Assembly: GCA_905195005.1 (NCBI GenBank)
Contig: CAJJUC010000002.1
Span: forward strand, 1-42,660
Direction of reading: 5' to 3'
DNA: 42,660 nucleotides
Source: an uncultured Eubacteriales bacterium
GTDB taxonomy: Bacteria > Bacillota > Clostridia > UMGS1883
Each line of letters starts with the position of its first letter. The first letter of the stretch is position 1. The position numbers were made by a program, and so were the translations under genes. Shown here piece after piece: positions 17,624 to 26,013 of this stretch. The notes beneath the pieces were generated by a model, which worked only from the letters and a program-made list of their open reading frames with translations, did not search any database and was not told the origin of the DNA.

Positions 17624-20458
17624 TCATTTTTTACGCTTTGGAGCTTTGATTTCCGATTTTCGTTTACCGGGTTTGCCAAAGCGTGCAGGAGTTGTTTTAT
17701 AGCGAACACTGTCAACCGAAACGGTTTTAACATTCTTACCGTCTTTTTCATAAACGGGTTTACCGTTTTCGTATACAGGCTTTCTTTCAACAGCAGGTTC
17801 ACCCTTAATGGAATACCATTGCTTTCCGTTAGCGTCCTCAAATACCTGATAATCGCCTTTCGGTGCGGCATATTGCGTAACATCATAGAATTTTGTTCCG
17901 CCGCCGTCACTGTGGCGAACTTCAAACTGACCTTCAGCAGCCTTCGATCCGTCAACAGATGTAATTTGCTGACCGTAGCCGGGCATGAACTCGCGGAACT
18001 GTGCCTGATTGTATGCGGCAGCATTTTCTCCGCTTTCAAACTCAGGTGCAGACGCATGAGGATCCATTGCATACCAGCTTACGCCGTTTGAAGATTGAAT
18101 GGTTGAATGAGGTGCTTCCGGTTCGTCATAGACTGCGCTGTTATACCAAAGTGTATTGCTGTCGGAAGCCTCGTTTGCCATAACAACACCGTTTCCTGCC
18201 GAGGTGAGTATCGTTTCTTCCGCCATACCGGGGAAGGAAACATTCTCAGACGAAGGTGAAAGATCACCGAATGTCGGATTATAGCTTTCAGACTCGTTTC
18301 CAATAAAGGACGGTGCTGAAATGCTGCCGTCTCCGATTGCTTCTGCGGACATTTGATACCAACTGTTTCCGTCAGCGTCTGTAACGGTCTGATAAGAACC
18401 TTCCGGTTCCGCAAAGCACGCACTGTTATATAAAACGGAATCTCCGTCAGCCGAGCTTGCTTCAATAATTCCGTTACCGCCAAAGGAGTAGGAGGTATCA
18501 TCGGGCATATCCGAAAATCCAAATGCATTGCCGTTAAATGACGGAGCCTGCACACCATCTGCAATATCGTCTGCGGACATTTGGTACCAAGTGTTACCTG
18601 CATCATCCGTAACAACAGAGTGAGGTGCGTCCGGTTCATTATAAAACTCGCCACTGTAAAGAAGCGAACTGCCGCCATCATCCGAGCTTGCCTCAACAAC
18701 ACCGTTTCCTGCATAGGAGAACGCCGTATCGTCAGGCATATCCGAAAAGCTGTAAGCATCTTTTTCGGACGGGACAGAGGCTATGCCGCTTTCAATATCA
18801 GCCGATTGTATCTGATACCATTCATTGCCGTTTTCATCGGTAACAACGGAGAATGCACCATCAGGCTGATTATATACATCACTGCTATATAGAGCAGAAC
18901 TGTTACCGGGAACGGTTGCTTCAAGTACGCCGTCATCGGCAGTACGAAGAACTGTACCGTCTTCCGCGCCGGGAAAGTTTTCTTTAACCATACCTGCTTC
19001 CGAAACATCTCCGGTGAAATCAGGCACGGAATAAAATTCTTCCGAGCCGTCGCCGCTTGCCATCTGATACCATTCGCTTCCGTCCGCTGCTTTTACAACA
19101 GAATGAGGAGCATCAGGTTTTTCAAATTGCGAAGTGCTGAACAACTCTACATCAGACATTTTTCCGTTACTGCCTTCAGCTTTTGTACTTATCTGACCGC
19201 CGGTAATCTGTGTATCACTCAGTTTGTACCCGCCAAGCTGAGGCATATAATTGCCCAAGCTGCGGTTTGCAATCTCGCCGCCGATTGTACCGGATACATT
19301 CGGTGCTTTTGACGCAACGGATGATATTGAATCAGCATTAAGCACAGCGCCGTTTCTGGCTGCCATACCGCCGAATGCACGCCCGACAAATCCAAGAGAA
19401 CCGCCTGCCCCCATACGAGTACCGCCGTTTACAACCGCATCACGCACATAGCTGTTACCCTTGAACATATTTGCAAAGCCGGACATAAACCCGCCCGCTG
19501 CATTTCCACCTGCCGCCGATGCAGTACCTCTGAATACACTTCCGGCACTTTTTGCACCGCCGCCAAGACCACTGATAACTCTTGCCGCCATAAGCATTTC
19601 CATACCCATGCTGGAACCGGTCTGAGCAACATTCAATCCCATTGACGCAAGATAGCTATCAAATTTCTGTGCAGTTTTTAAGAAAGCCAACGCACAGAAC
19701 ATCCATAAAAATATACTGCCTCCGCCTGTTGACAGCGCGCCGCCGTTTCCCATGAATTGTCCCATAGAACTGTTAAAGGCTCTGAGGAACCAAACATTCA
19801 AAACGAGCAGCAAAAGCTGTGATCCCACCATTCGGCACCATGCCTTAAATACATTGACAGTTGATTTTGAGGCACCCATTGCATACGCAAGAGGAGAAGT
19901 ATAACATAACACGCCTACGACAATGTATCTTTCCACGGTTTCGAGTAGAAGCTTGAAATAATTCCAGCCAAGGGAAATTTCAAGAATGATAAGGAGCAGC
20001 AGCCCGACAACAGACGTTATGGCTATGAATGTCGTAAGTCCGTTACTCAATGACTGTTCTATCCCTGCAAAAGTAAAATCTTCTGAGGTCATCGCCACAT
20101 CCATTAAAGCTGTATACGGCGCTCTGGCAATATCCAAAGCAATCAGAAATATCGGCTTGGCATATCCGATAAGCAAAGCAAACAAGGAACTTCTCGCAAG
20201 CAATGTCAATGGATTTTCAGCCTCCGTAATCGGTCCGCCGAAAACGCGGAATAACTGCCAAACCGTAATTAAAAAGAGAATTGCCCATGCCATATACTGC
20301 ATTACATCAAATGCTTTCGTAACAAACGGGAAGTATTCTTCCATCGCTGTCAGGTCGGTATTCAATGTGTTCAAAAATAACCCTGAAACCGCATCCATAA
20401 GTTGTGATACAATACTTGAGATCCATTTGACAATTCCCTCGAATATCCAGTCAAGCAA
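17624..20458 (-). CDS. VirB6/TcpH/TrbL-like polytopic T4SS membrane protein with a long repeat-bearing C-terminal domain
   Basis: 944 aa with a TTG start 7 nt after GGAGGTG. The first ~290 aa contain six or more TM helices. A Gly-rich segment follows, then six repeats, then a basic tail (KPGKRKSEIKAPKRKK). Confidence 0.8.
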   Translation of the reverse strand: MLDWIFEGIVKWISSIVSQLMDAVSGLFLNTLNTDLTAMEEYFPFVTKAFDVMQYMAWAILFLITVWQLFRVFGGPITEAENPLTLLARSSLFALLIGYAKPIFLIALDIARAPYTALMDVAMTSEDFTFAGIEQSLSNGLTTFIAITSVVGLLLLIILEISLGWNYFKLLLETVERYIVVGVLCYTSPLAYAMGASKSTVNVFKAWCRMVGSQLLLLVLNVWFLRAFNSSMGQFMGNGGALSTGGGSIFLWMFCALAFLKTAQKFDSYLASMGLNVAQTGSSMGMEMLMAARVISGLGGGAKSAGSVFRGTASAAGGNAAGGFMSGFANMFKGNSYVRDAVVNGGTRMGAGGSLGFVGRAFGGMAARNGAVLNADSISSVASKAPNVSGTIGGEIANRSLGNYMPQLGGYKLSDTQITGGQISTKAEGSNGKMSDVELFSTSQFEKPDAPHSVVKAADGSEWYQMASGDGSEEFYSVPDFTGDVSEAGMVKENFPGAEDGTVLRTADDGVLEATVPGNSSALYSSDVYNQPDGAFSVVTDENGNEWYQIQSADIESGIASVPSEKDAYSFSDMPDDTAFSYAGNGVVEASSDDGGSSLLYSGEFYNEPDAPHSVVTDDAGNTWYQMSADDIADGVQAPSFNGNAFGFSDMPDDTSYSFGGNGIIEASSADGDSVLYNSACFAEPEGSYQTVTDADGNSWYQMSAEAIGDGSISAPSFIGNESESYNPTFGDLSPSSENVSFPGMAEETILTSAGNGVVMANEASDSNTLWYNSAVYDEPEAPHSTIQSSNGVSWYAMDPHASAPEFESGENAAAYNQAQFREFMPGYGQQITSVDGSKAAEGQFEVRHSDGGGTKFYDVTQYAAPKGDYQVFEDANGKQWYSIKGEPAVERKPVYENGKPVYEKDGKNVKTVSVDSVRYKTTPARFGKPGKRKSEIKAPKRKK
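17804..19141 (-). repeat. Six copies of a P-[DE]-[AG]-x-[HFY]-S/Q-x-[VI]-x4-G-x2-WY module in the VirB6-like C-terminal domain (aa about 440-885)
   Basis: The copies are FEKPDAPHSVVKAADGSEWYQM, YNQPDGAFSVVTDENGNEWYQI, YNEPDAPHSVVTDDAGNTWYQM, FAEPEGSYQTVTDADGNSWYQM, YDEPEAPHSTIQSSNGVSWYAM and YAAPKGDYQVFEDANGKQWYSI. Confidence 0.8.
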
Positions 20459-20491
20459 TATTTATCACCTCCGTCCTTGACATGATTTTAC

Positions 20492-20848
20492 TTATCCGTT
20501 GTAGTTACCGCCGGAAATTAGGGGTTGCAAGTAAGTTACCACAAAGCCTAAAGAGTTAAGAATAATCCATGTGATTACAATACGCTTCAACCAAGCGGTA
20601 GCTTCATCAACGGCACGCTGGTTTCGGGATACCATTCGGACGACCAATGCTATTGCCGCAACGGTAACAGCAACGATGGTGCTGATGGCAACAATCTGTC
20701 CGTATACATCTTTCATGATGGTGGAAAACCGGTTCCAGATTGTGTCTGCCATAACAGGCTGAACCGAAATCATAGTTCCGGATATAACAGCAACCGCTGA
20801 CCAGTACATAAGACTGAGCTTATCCCGTATCTTTTTGAGTTTTACCAT
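20492..20848 (-). CDS. VirB2/TrbC-like pilin-type small membrane protein, first gene of the T4SS operon
   Basis: 118 aa with a GAAGGAGG RBS. It has a signal-peptide-like N-terminus ending VMA-DT and two hydrophobic helices, a size and topology typical of T4SS pilin-like subunits. Confidence 0.65.
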   Translation of the reverse strand: MVKLKKIRDKLSLMYWSAVAVISGTMISVQPVMADTIWNRFSTIMKDVYGQIVAISTIVAVTVAAIALVVRMVSRNQRAVDEATAWLKRIVITWIILNSLGFVVTYLQPLISGGNYNG

Positions 20849-20880
20849 GTCAATTTACCTCCTTCTTCAAAAATCGGCAT

Positions 20881-20924
20881 AAAAAAAGCCGCTTTCAAGT
20901 TTTGGGGGAAAACTCAAAAACGGC
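20881..20924 (-). terminator. Strong intrinsic terminator inside the 5' leader of the T4SS operon
   Basis: The minus strand reads GCCGUUUUUGAGUUUU-CCCCC-AAAACUUGAAAGCGGC (16 bp including 3 G.U pairs) followed by U7. It lies between the promoter at 20960-20988 and the RBS/ATG at 20848. Confidence 0.7.
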
Positions 20925-20959
20925 GGAGAATATGTCCGGTCCCACTTTGGGACGATACC

Positions 20960-20988
20960 ATTATACCACTTTTATATTCGCTTGTCAT
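20960..20988 (-). promoter_or_regulatory. Extended -10 sigma-A-type promoter for the T4SS operon
   Basis: The minus strand reads ATGACA (20988-20983), a 17-nt spacer, then TGG-TATAAT (TATAAT at 20965-20960). Confidence 0.6.
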
Positions 20989-21035
20989 CGGCATCGGTGC
21001 GCCAATTTTGTGCCAATTTTCTGCCGGAGTATTTT

Positions 21036-21659
21036 TCACGATAATCCCTCCAAAAGAGTAAGCACTTCAAACCAGAAATCAACATCCTTTCCCGGAGCTG
21101 CCCACAAGCGTATTGAGAGAATTGTGATTGCCTGCTCACGAAGTCTGTAATAGTGTCTCGGCGACATATCAAGCCTGTATAAAATATCCGTGAGCGACAG
21201 TTTTTCCGGCGCAATGTAGGTCTCATAAATCAAGTTATACAGCTTTTCGCCGTCATTTGGCTTTTTCTTCAGAACGGTCAGAGCTTCATTCACACGATCA
21301 AGCAATAAGCGTGATTTCTGTATGCCTGCCATTCTGCTTTCAAGCTTTCTGTTGTTCATAGACATTTCGACATCAATGTGGTCAACAAGTTCGTCAATGC
21401 CCTCAAACGGTCTGTCTAATTCCTCCGCAATTGTATCGGGGAAGCATTCAAGCATCCACGAAATCGTGCGGTAGTGTTTCAGCAGCATAAGTGTGTTATG
21501 ATACGTGTTTTTCTTTCGTTCCTGCCGGGCATTACGCAGTTTTTCATCGTCAATACTCTGCTCGCCGAGTATTCCTCGGTGGGTAAGCAGGGTTATAAAT
21601 GCCTCAGACTGCTTTCTGATGATATCTTCCTGCTGTTCGTATAAATTCTTTTTATTCAT
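21036..21659 (-). CDS. Sigma-70 region-4-like / ICE transcriptional regulator
   Basis: 207 aa from ATG 21659 (AAGGAG RBS; the tracked TTG start lies inside the RBS). The C-terminal HTH reads LSLTDILYRLDMSPRHYYRLREQAITILSIRLW. It overlaps the upstream gene stop by 8 nt (ATGAATAA). Confidence 0.65.
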   Translation of the reverse strand: MNKKNLYEQQEDIIRKQSEAFITLLTHRGILGEQSIDDEKLRNARQERKKNTYHNTLMLLKHYRTISWMLECFPDTIAEELDRPFEGIDELVDHIDVEMSMNNRKLESRMAGIQKSRLLLDRVNEALTVLKKKPNDGEKLYNLIYETYIAPEKLSLTDILYRLDMSPRHYYRLREQAITILSIRLWAAPGKDVDFWFEVLTLLEGLS

Positions 21660-22704
21660 AGTCAAAAAACTCCTTTTCAAATTTTGTTAAGTCCACGGGT
21701 ATGCACGGCCCGCGGATGTTATTCGCTTCAATAACGGGAATGGATAAATCTAATATCCTTTCGCAGTCATATTCACATATACTACAATTCTTACACGGAG
21801 AAATATACGCGCGTAATATATAGGCTGATTCTGCAACACGATTATTTTGAGCTTCATCATCTTTTGATTGACAGATATTTTTGCTGTACCAACAAATCAG
21901 CTTGTTGATATGCTCGTGATCCGAAGTCTGTTTGTGCGTATTCTGACCGTAAATGCGTATTTCTTCAAGAATACGCACAGTTTCCTCGTGTGAGGGTATT
22001 GCAGTTTCCGTATCGGTTGGATACAGTTTATTAAACACAAGGCAGCCGTAGGAGCCGGGCATTTTGTATAGAGTGAAGACATCTCTGTATTTTTGAAAGA
22101 ATCTCCATACTTTCGTTTTTTCCCAGTTCCAGCGTTTGCCGAGGTTTTCGAGAGTAAGTAATGCACCGTATTTTCCATACTGAACAACCGGCGCTGAAAA
22201 AGAAAACGCATTGCCTGCGTCATTTGATACCGTGTGGCACCAAAGGTCAAGCCATGCGTCTGTTTCTTCAAATTTATAATTTAATGATACAAGTCTTTCT
22301 GTTATATTGCGTGGAAGGCAGAGGAAGCCGTATCCGTCTGTTGTGTAAACAGTCCTGTTCATACATTCCTCTCCGGAACATTTTACAACCCAATCGGTTA
22401 TCTGATATGTAAGCTTTTTATTTTCGGAATTAAGCTCATATTTTATATAGCCGAGTTCCGATAGTTTGTCAAGCATTAAAAGTGCATCTGATTTTTTCTT
22501 TATACCGAGTATACTTTTAATACCGACAATACCGCCTGACCATATACCCGGTGAAACTTCGTTTTTATATCCGCAGTAGGTGGCTATGCCTTTACGAAAT
22601 GCTGCACGGGAGGCAAGCTTCATCCAAGCGCCCATTACGCCCTTGCCTTGGGGCAGGTGGGATCGCATAAGCTTTACCCATTCATATTTCATAAGGCATT
22701 TCAT
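21652..22704 (-). CDS. Hypothetical DNA-binding (winged-helix-like) protein with a Cys-rich C-terminus
   Basis: 350 aa from ATG 22704 (GGAGGAAG RBS). The segment LTLENLGKRWNWEKTKVWRFFQKY resembles replisome-organizer/DnaD-type wHTH motifs. The C-terminus reads CKNCSICEYDC. Confidence 0.55.
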   Translation of the reverse strand: MKCLMKYEWVKLMRSHLPQGKGVMGAWMKLASRAAFRKGIATYCGYKNEVSPGIWSGGIVGIKSILGIKKKSDALLMLDKLSELGYIKYELNSENKKLTYQITDWVVKCSGEECMNRTVYTTDGYGFLCLPRNITERLVSLNYKFEETDAWLDLWCHTVSNDAGNAFSFSAPVVQYGKYGALLTLENLGKRWNWEKTKVWRFFQKYRDVFTLYKMPGSYGCLVFNKLYPTDTETAIPSHEETVRILEEIRIYGQNTHKQTSDHEHINKLICWYSKNICQSKDDEAQNNRVAESAYILRAYISPCKNCSICEYDCERILDLSIPVIEANNIRGPCIPVDLTKFEKEFFDYE

Positions 22705-22719
22705 TTTCGCTTCCTCCAA

Positions 22720-22752
22720 AATAAAAAGAGCAGTGTTCATTTAGCACTGCTC
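22720..22752 (-). terminator. Intrinsic terminator downstream of int
   Basis: The minus strand reads GAGCAGUG-cuaaaugaa-CACUGCUC followed by UUUUUAUUUU. It sits directly before the RBS of the next gene. Confidence 0.6.
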
Positions 22753-22768
22753 TCAGTTTATAATATAT

Positions 22769-23980
22769 TCAGTTTACTACAAGTTCGGGCATAAGCTCAA
22801 TGTTATTAAAAGCATCAAATGTAACTGTTGTTTCCAAAGCATTCTTTGCAAGTATTCCCATCTTTTCAGTTACATGAGTATAATAACGCAATGTAAATTC
22901 CAACTTTGAATGTCCCAGCATTTCTTGAACATATCGGGGGCTTACACCGCTTTCTGCAAGAATGGTCGCATATGTATGCCGAAGATTATGAAATTTAAAG
23001 TCAATTTTCAAATCTTTTTTTATAACCCTTGACATAAATTTAATGCTGTTGGTTGTCAACATATCACCATTAAGCTTTACATTAACAAAGTCATCAACTT
23101 CCATTAAAATATCGCGGTTTCTCTCAAGTCTGTCTGTTACAAAATTACGCTTATAGCCGTCACCGTAGAGTTTTTTATTTTCCTCGTGATGCTTTTTTAG
23201 CTTTTTCATATATTCGCAAAAACTATCGGTTATATTAACGCTTCTGTATGCGTTTTTCGTTTTCAACGGGCAAAAGCACCATTTTCTGTCTTGGAATAAA
23301 AGCTGCTTGCATACTTTTATCTTTTTCTTTTCAAAATCAATATCTTCCCATCGCAAACCAAATACCTCACTTTCGCGCAGTCCTGTGTTTAAGGCAATAT
23401 AATAGGCAACAATAACATTAGTTCCATGTAGCCTCGTTTCCATTGCTTGACGTTCATCGGCAGTATAAACTTTAATTTCGCCGACATGGCGAGGATCCGG
23501 TGGTGCAGTAACTGATGGAAAGATATTTTTCTTGGTGTATTGACGTTTATGTGCAAAGCCAAATAAAACTTTCAGTAATTTGAATATACCTTTGACATAT
23601 TCCTCGCTATAACTCATCATTTTTTCATTTATAAAATCATCAATCATTTTCGGAGTAATTTGATACATATAATATATATCAAACGGTTTCTGTAAATGAT
23701 TGCGATATAATGATTTATAGCGAACAACAGTGGCATATGCACGAGTTGCAGGAGCTTCTTTTTCAATGAACTCATTATATACCTCTTTAAAGGTGATCTT
23801 TTTATTTTCAACAAAATCACCCGTCATATTATAATGGTAAATAACTTCGTTCATTGCTTTAGTAGCTTCACTTTTTGTTTTGAATCCGCTGCGCTCAACT
23901 TGATTGCGTTTTCCGGCTGCCATACCCAATTCAATACGATAAGACCAAGTTGCCCCTTTTTTACGAACACTGCCTTGCAT
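22769..23980 (-). CDS. int: Tyrosine recombinase / ICE integrase with an N-terminal arm-type DNA-binding domain
   Basis: 403 aa with an AAAGGAGG RBS. The N-terminus is SVRKKGATWSYRIELG. The catalytic region is HNLRHTYATILAESGVSPRYVQEMLGHSKLEFTLRYYTHV (R..H-x-x-R..Y pattern). Confidence 0.92.
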   Translation of the reverse strand: MQGSVRKKGATWSYRIELGMAAGKRNQVERSGFKTKSEATKAMNEVIYHYNMTGDFVENKKITFKEVYNEFIEKEAPATRAYATVVRYKSLYRNHLQKPFDIYYMYQITPKMIDDFINEKMMSYSEEYVKGIFKLLKVLFGFAHKRQYTKKNIFPSVTAPPDPRHVGEIKVYTADERQAMETRLHGTNVIVAYYIALNTGLRESEVFGLRWEDIDFEKKKIKVCKQLLFQDRKWCFCPLKTKNAYRSVNITDSFCEYMKKLKKHHEENKKLYGDGYKRNFVTDRLERNRDILMEVDDFVNVKLNGDMLTTNSIKFMSRVIKKDLKIDFKFHNLRHTYATILAESGVSPRYVQEMLGHSKLEFTLRYYTHVTEKMGILAKNALETTVTFDAFNNIELMPELVVN

Positions 23981-24060
23981 AACTTAATCCTCCTTTTTAG
24001 TTCTTATAAATATTTTATCAAATCAGAAGCAGGAATCTTAAGTTTTTGGGGTAGAAATTT

Positions 24061-24184
24061 TTTCCCACGTAAAAAACAGGTTTGACACCCCTCAAAACCG
24101 CATGGTTACTGGGCTTGTCGGGGTTTTCGTGGGAAAAGATGATTTTTGAGCAAAATTTTTGATTTTTCCCACGAATTTCCCACG
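24061..24184. repeat. Four copies of TTTCCCACG (three direct, one inverted), candidate integrase/Xis arm-type binding sites at the ICE end
   Basis: Direct copies lie at 24061-24069, 24165-24173 and 24176-24184. The inverted copy CGTGGGAAA lies at 24128-24136. All are in the non-coding stretch just outside int. Confidence 0.55.
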
Positions 24185-24212
24185 CAAGAATTAAGTACAA
24201 ATAAATACAGAA

Positions 24213-24246
24213 AAACACGATTAACGCAAATTGGTTAATCGTGTTT
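24213..24246 (-). terminator. Intrinsic terminator downstream of rubrerythrin
   Basis: AAACACGAUUAAC-8 nt loop-GUUAAUCGUGUUU (13 bp), followed on the minus strand by UUUUCUGUAUUUAUUU. Confidence 0.65.
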
Positions 24247-24322
24247 CAAGACCAAGTAGCTAAAAAGCCTTATTTCAAGCCATTCTCGGATTATATCTAA
24301 TCGGAACTAATTGTATTTATTT

Positions 24323-24874
24323 TTAACCAAAATATCTCTTTAAAAGTCCCTCAAAGCCTTTTCCGTGTCTTGCCTCGTCCTTTGCCATTTCATGCACGGT
24401 GTCATGAATAGCGTCGTATCCGAGTTCTTTGGCGCGTTTTGCAAGTTCAAGTTTACCGGCTGTTGCGCCGCTTTCAGCCTCACTTCTGAGCTGAAGATTC
24501 TTTTTCGTGGAATCAGTAACAACCTCGCCGAGAAGCTCCGCAAATTTTGCGGCGTGTTCTGCTTCTTCGTAAGCGGCTCTCATGTAAAACTCTCCGATTT
24601 CGGGATAACCTTCGCGGATAGCAGCGCGGCTCATTGCGATATACATGCCGACCTCGGTGCATTCGCCTTCAAAATTAGCTTTAAGCCCCTCATACACGTC
24701 GGCTTCAATCTTATCCTTTGCTCCAACGCCGATTACATGCTCGCATGCAAAGCCAAGGCTTCCCTCTTTCATTTCAGTGAATTTAGAACCGGGAACGCCG
24801 CACTGAGGACATTTTTCGGGCGGATTATCTCCTTCGTGAACATAGCCGCAAACGGGACATACAAATTTTTTCAT
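24323..24874 (-). CDS. rbr: Reverse rubrerythrin: N-terminal rubredoxin-like CxxC..CxxC, C-terminal ferritin-like di-iron domain
   Basis: [26 protein letters not shown] is followed by di-iron ExxH motifs ([17 protein letters not shown]). Start chosen at ATG 24874 (AAAGGA RBS 8 nt upstream). Confidence 0.88.
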   Translation of the reverse strand: MKKFVCPVCGYVHEGDNPPEKCPQCGVPGSKFTEMKEGSLGFACEHVIGVGAKDKIEADVYEGLKANFEGECTEVGMYIAMSRAAIREGYPEIGEFYMRAAYEEAEHAAKFAELLGEVVTDSTKKNLQLRSEAESGATAGKLELAKRAKELGYDAIHDTVHEMAKDEARHGKGFEGLLKRYFG

Positions 24875-24899
24875 AATTATCATCCTTTCAATAAATTTT

Positions 24900-25268
24900 T
24901 TATTGGTTGTTTTTACATTCGGCACAGATTCCGCGGAACATCAGCTCAAATCCCAAAACTTCAAATCCGCAATCCTCTATTTCCGGGGCTTTAACACTGC
25001 CGCTCGGCAAATCGAAAATCCTGCCGCAGGCGCTGCAATGAAAATGATAATGCTCTGAAATATCCCCGTCAAAATGACTTGTTCCGTCTGCCGGAAGCTC
25101 CAGAATTTCGCCGTTTTCCGCAAGCATACGCAAATTCCTGTAAACCGTGCCGAGCGAAATGTTCGGATACTCCTTTTTAAGATTCAGATAAAGCCACTCA
25201 GCGTCCGGGTGAGATGTCGTGGATTTCAGCAATTCAATCAATGCCTCGCGCTGTCTGCTGTACCGCAT
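24900..25268 (-). CDS. Fur-family transcriptional regulator, PerR-like by context
   Basis: 122 aa. It has a wHTH ([17 protein letters not shown]), the metal site [10 protein letters not shown]...CAEC, and sits directly upstream of rubrerythrin. Confidence 0.85.
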   Translation of the reverse strand: MRYSRQREALIELLKSTTSHPDAEWLYLNLKKEYPNISLGTVYRNLRMLAENGEILELPADGTSHFDGDISEHYHFHCSACGRIFDLPSGSVKAPEIEDCGFEVLGFELMFRGICAECKNNQ

Positions 25269-25285
25269 AGAAAAACTCCAATCAC

Positions 25286-25306
25286 CAGTAACAATAATCG
25301 TTACTG
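25286..25306. promoter_or_regulatory. Inverted repeat CAGTAAC-N7-GTTACTG in the Fur/PerR gene promoter region (candidate operator)
   Basis: Perfect 7-bp arms lie 18-38 nt upstream of the ATG at 25268. TATAAT-like boxes on the minus strand lie just upstream, at about 25310-25322. Confidence 0.45.
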
Positions 25307-25328
25307 TTATTATATTTTGATTATAGCA

Positions 25329-25943
25329 CTAAGATGAAGTATTGTCAAGAGTTTTTTTAATAATTTTAGAAAAAACCTTCCCGTCGCCTGTCCATGCATA
25401 AAGGAAAACGGGATTTCCGGAGCTGTTGACAAATTTCATATCTTTTGCGCCGTAGACAACGGTTGCGTCAAAGTCCGCGGGAGCATAGGCAACGGGCTCG
25501 CTGTGAGAGTGATGCTCGGTAACTGTAAATCCGGCGTTCACTGCAGCCATATACAGCGTTGTGCTGACCTGACACACGCCGCCGCCCGCTCCATAGCTCT
25601 TTTCTCCGTTGATTATCACGGGAGCGTCAAGCCAGCCGTTTTCATACGAACGCCTGCCGACAGATGCGTTAAAGCTGAATTCTTCACCGGGATTGAGCGC
25701 AGTGCCGGAAATGCGCGAGCAGGCAAGATTTATGTTTGAAACACGGTTTATGCCGTCGTCCAGGAGCGGCGTTTGCGCCTCACCGAGGGTTTCCTCCGTT
25801 TCATAAACTGGAGATTCGGAGATTTTTTGCGCAGGCGGAACGGCTTTGCGGCTTGCATCTCGGGATTCGGTTGTTTTATGCGGCGTATCGCTTTTGCTGC
25901 ATCCGCACAGAATAATTATAAAAATAAAAAACAGCTTTTTCAT
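25329..25943 (-). CDS. VanW-domain lipoprotein
   Basis: 204 aa from ATG 25943. The lipobox signal is MKKLFFIFIIILCGCSK. The VanW-like core reads GEEFSFNASVGRRSYENGW...GGGVCQVSTTLYMAAVNAG. The tracked 346-aa ORF is an N-terminal over-extension. Confidence 0.82.
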   Translation of the reverse strand: MKKLFFIFIIILCGCSKSDTPHKTTESRDASRKAVPPAQKISESPVYETEETLGEAQTPLLDDGINRVSNINLACSRISGTALNPGEEFSFNASVGRRSYENGWLDAPVIINGEKSYGAGGGVCQVSTTLYMAAVNAGFTVTEHHSHSEPVAYAPADFDATVVYGAKDMKFVNSSGNPVFLYAWTGDGKVFSKIIKKTLDNTSS

Positions 25944-26013
25944 AAAAAAACACCTCTTCCTCTGCTTATAGTTTAAGCAGAAAAAGAGGTTAAATAACTG
26001 ATAATTTTTAGCA

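Larger units (their letters stand above)
1..24210 (-). mobile_element. Integrative conjugative element, partial: right (integrase) end is in the window, left end lies beyond position 1
   Basis: A co-directional block runs from the tyrosine integrase through regulators, a Gram-positive T4SS (VirB2-, VirB6-, VirB3- and VirB4-like proteins plus a hydrolase), a VirD4 coupling protein and a surface-protein cargo. It is visibly more AT-rich than the sequence right of about 24.3 kb. Clustered TTTCCCACG repeats sit outside the int gene. The exact right boundary (about 24185-24320) was not determined. Confidence 0.75.

Noticed and set aside
17554-18759. 172-aa and 226-aa minus-strand ORFs, plus a 170-aa plus-strand ORF, inside the VirB6-like gene
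   Set aside because: They are alternative frames or antisense reads of the repeat-bearing C-terminal region of the 944-aa gene. The repeats are coherent only in the 944-aa frame.
23981-24320. Search for a tRNA/tmRNA integration target next to the integrase
   Set aside because: No cloverleaf-compatible sequence or conserved T-loop (GTTCGAATC-like) was seen. The 66-aa and 83-aa ORFs here are AT-rich intergenic artefacts.
24365-24994. 209-aa plus-strand ORF
   Set aside because: It is antisense to the rubrerythrin and Fur-family genes, both of which have unmistakable motifs.
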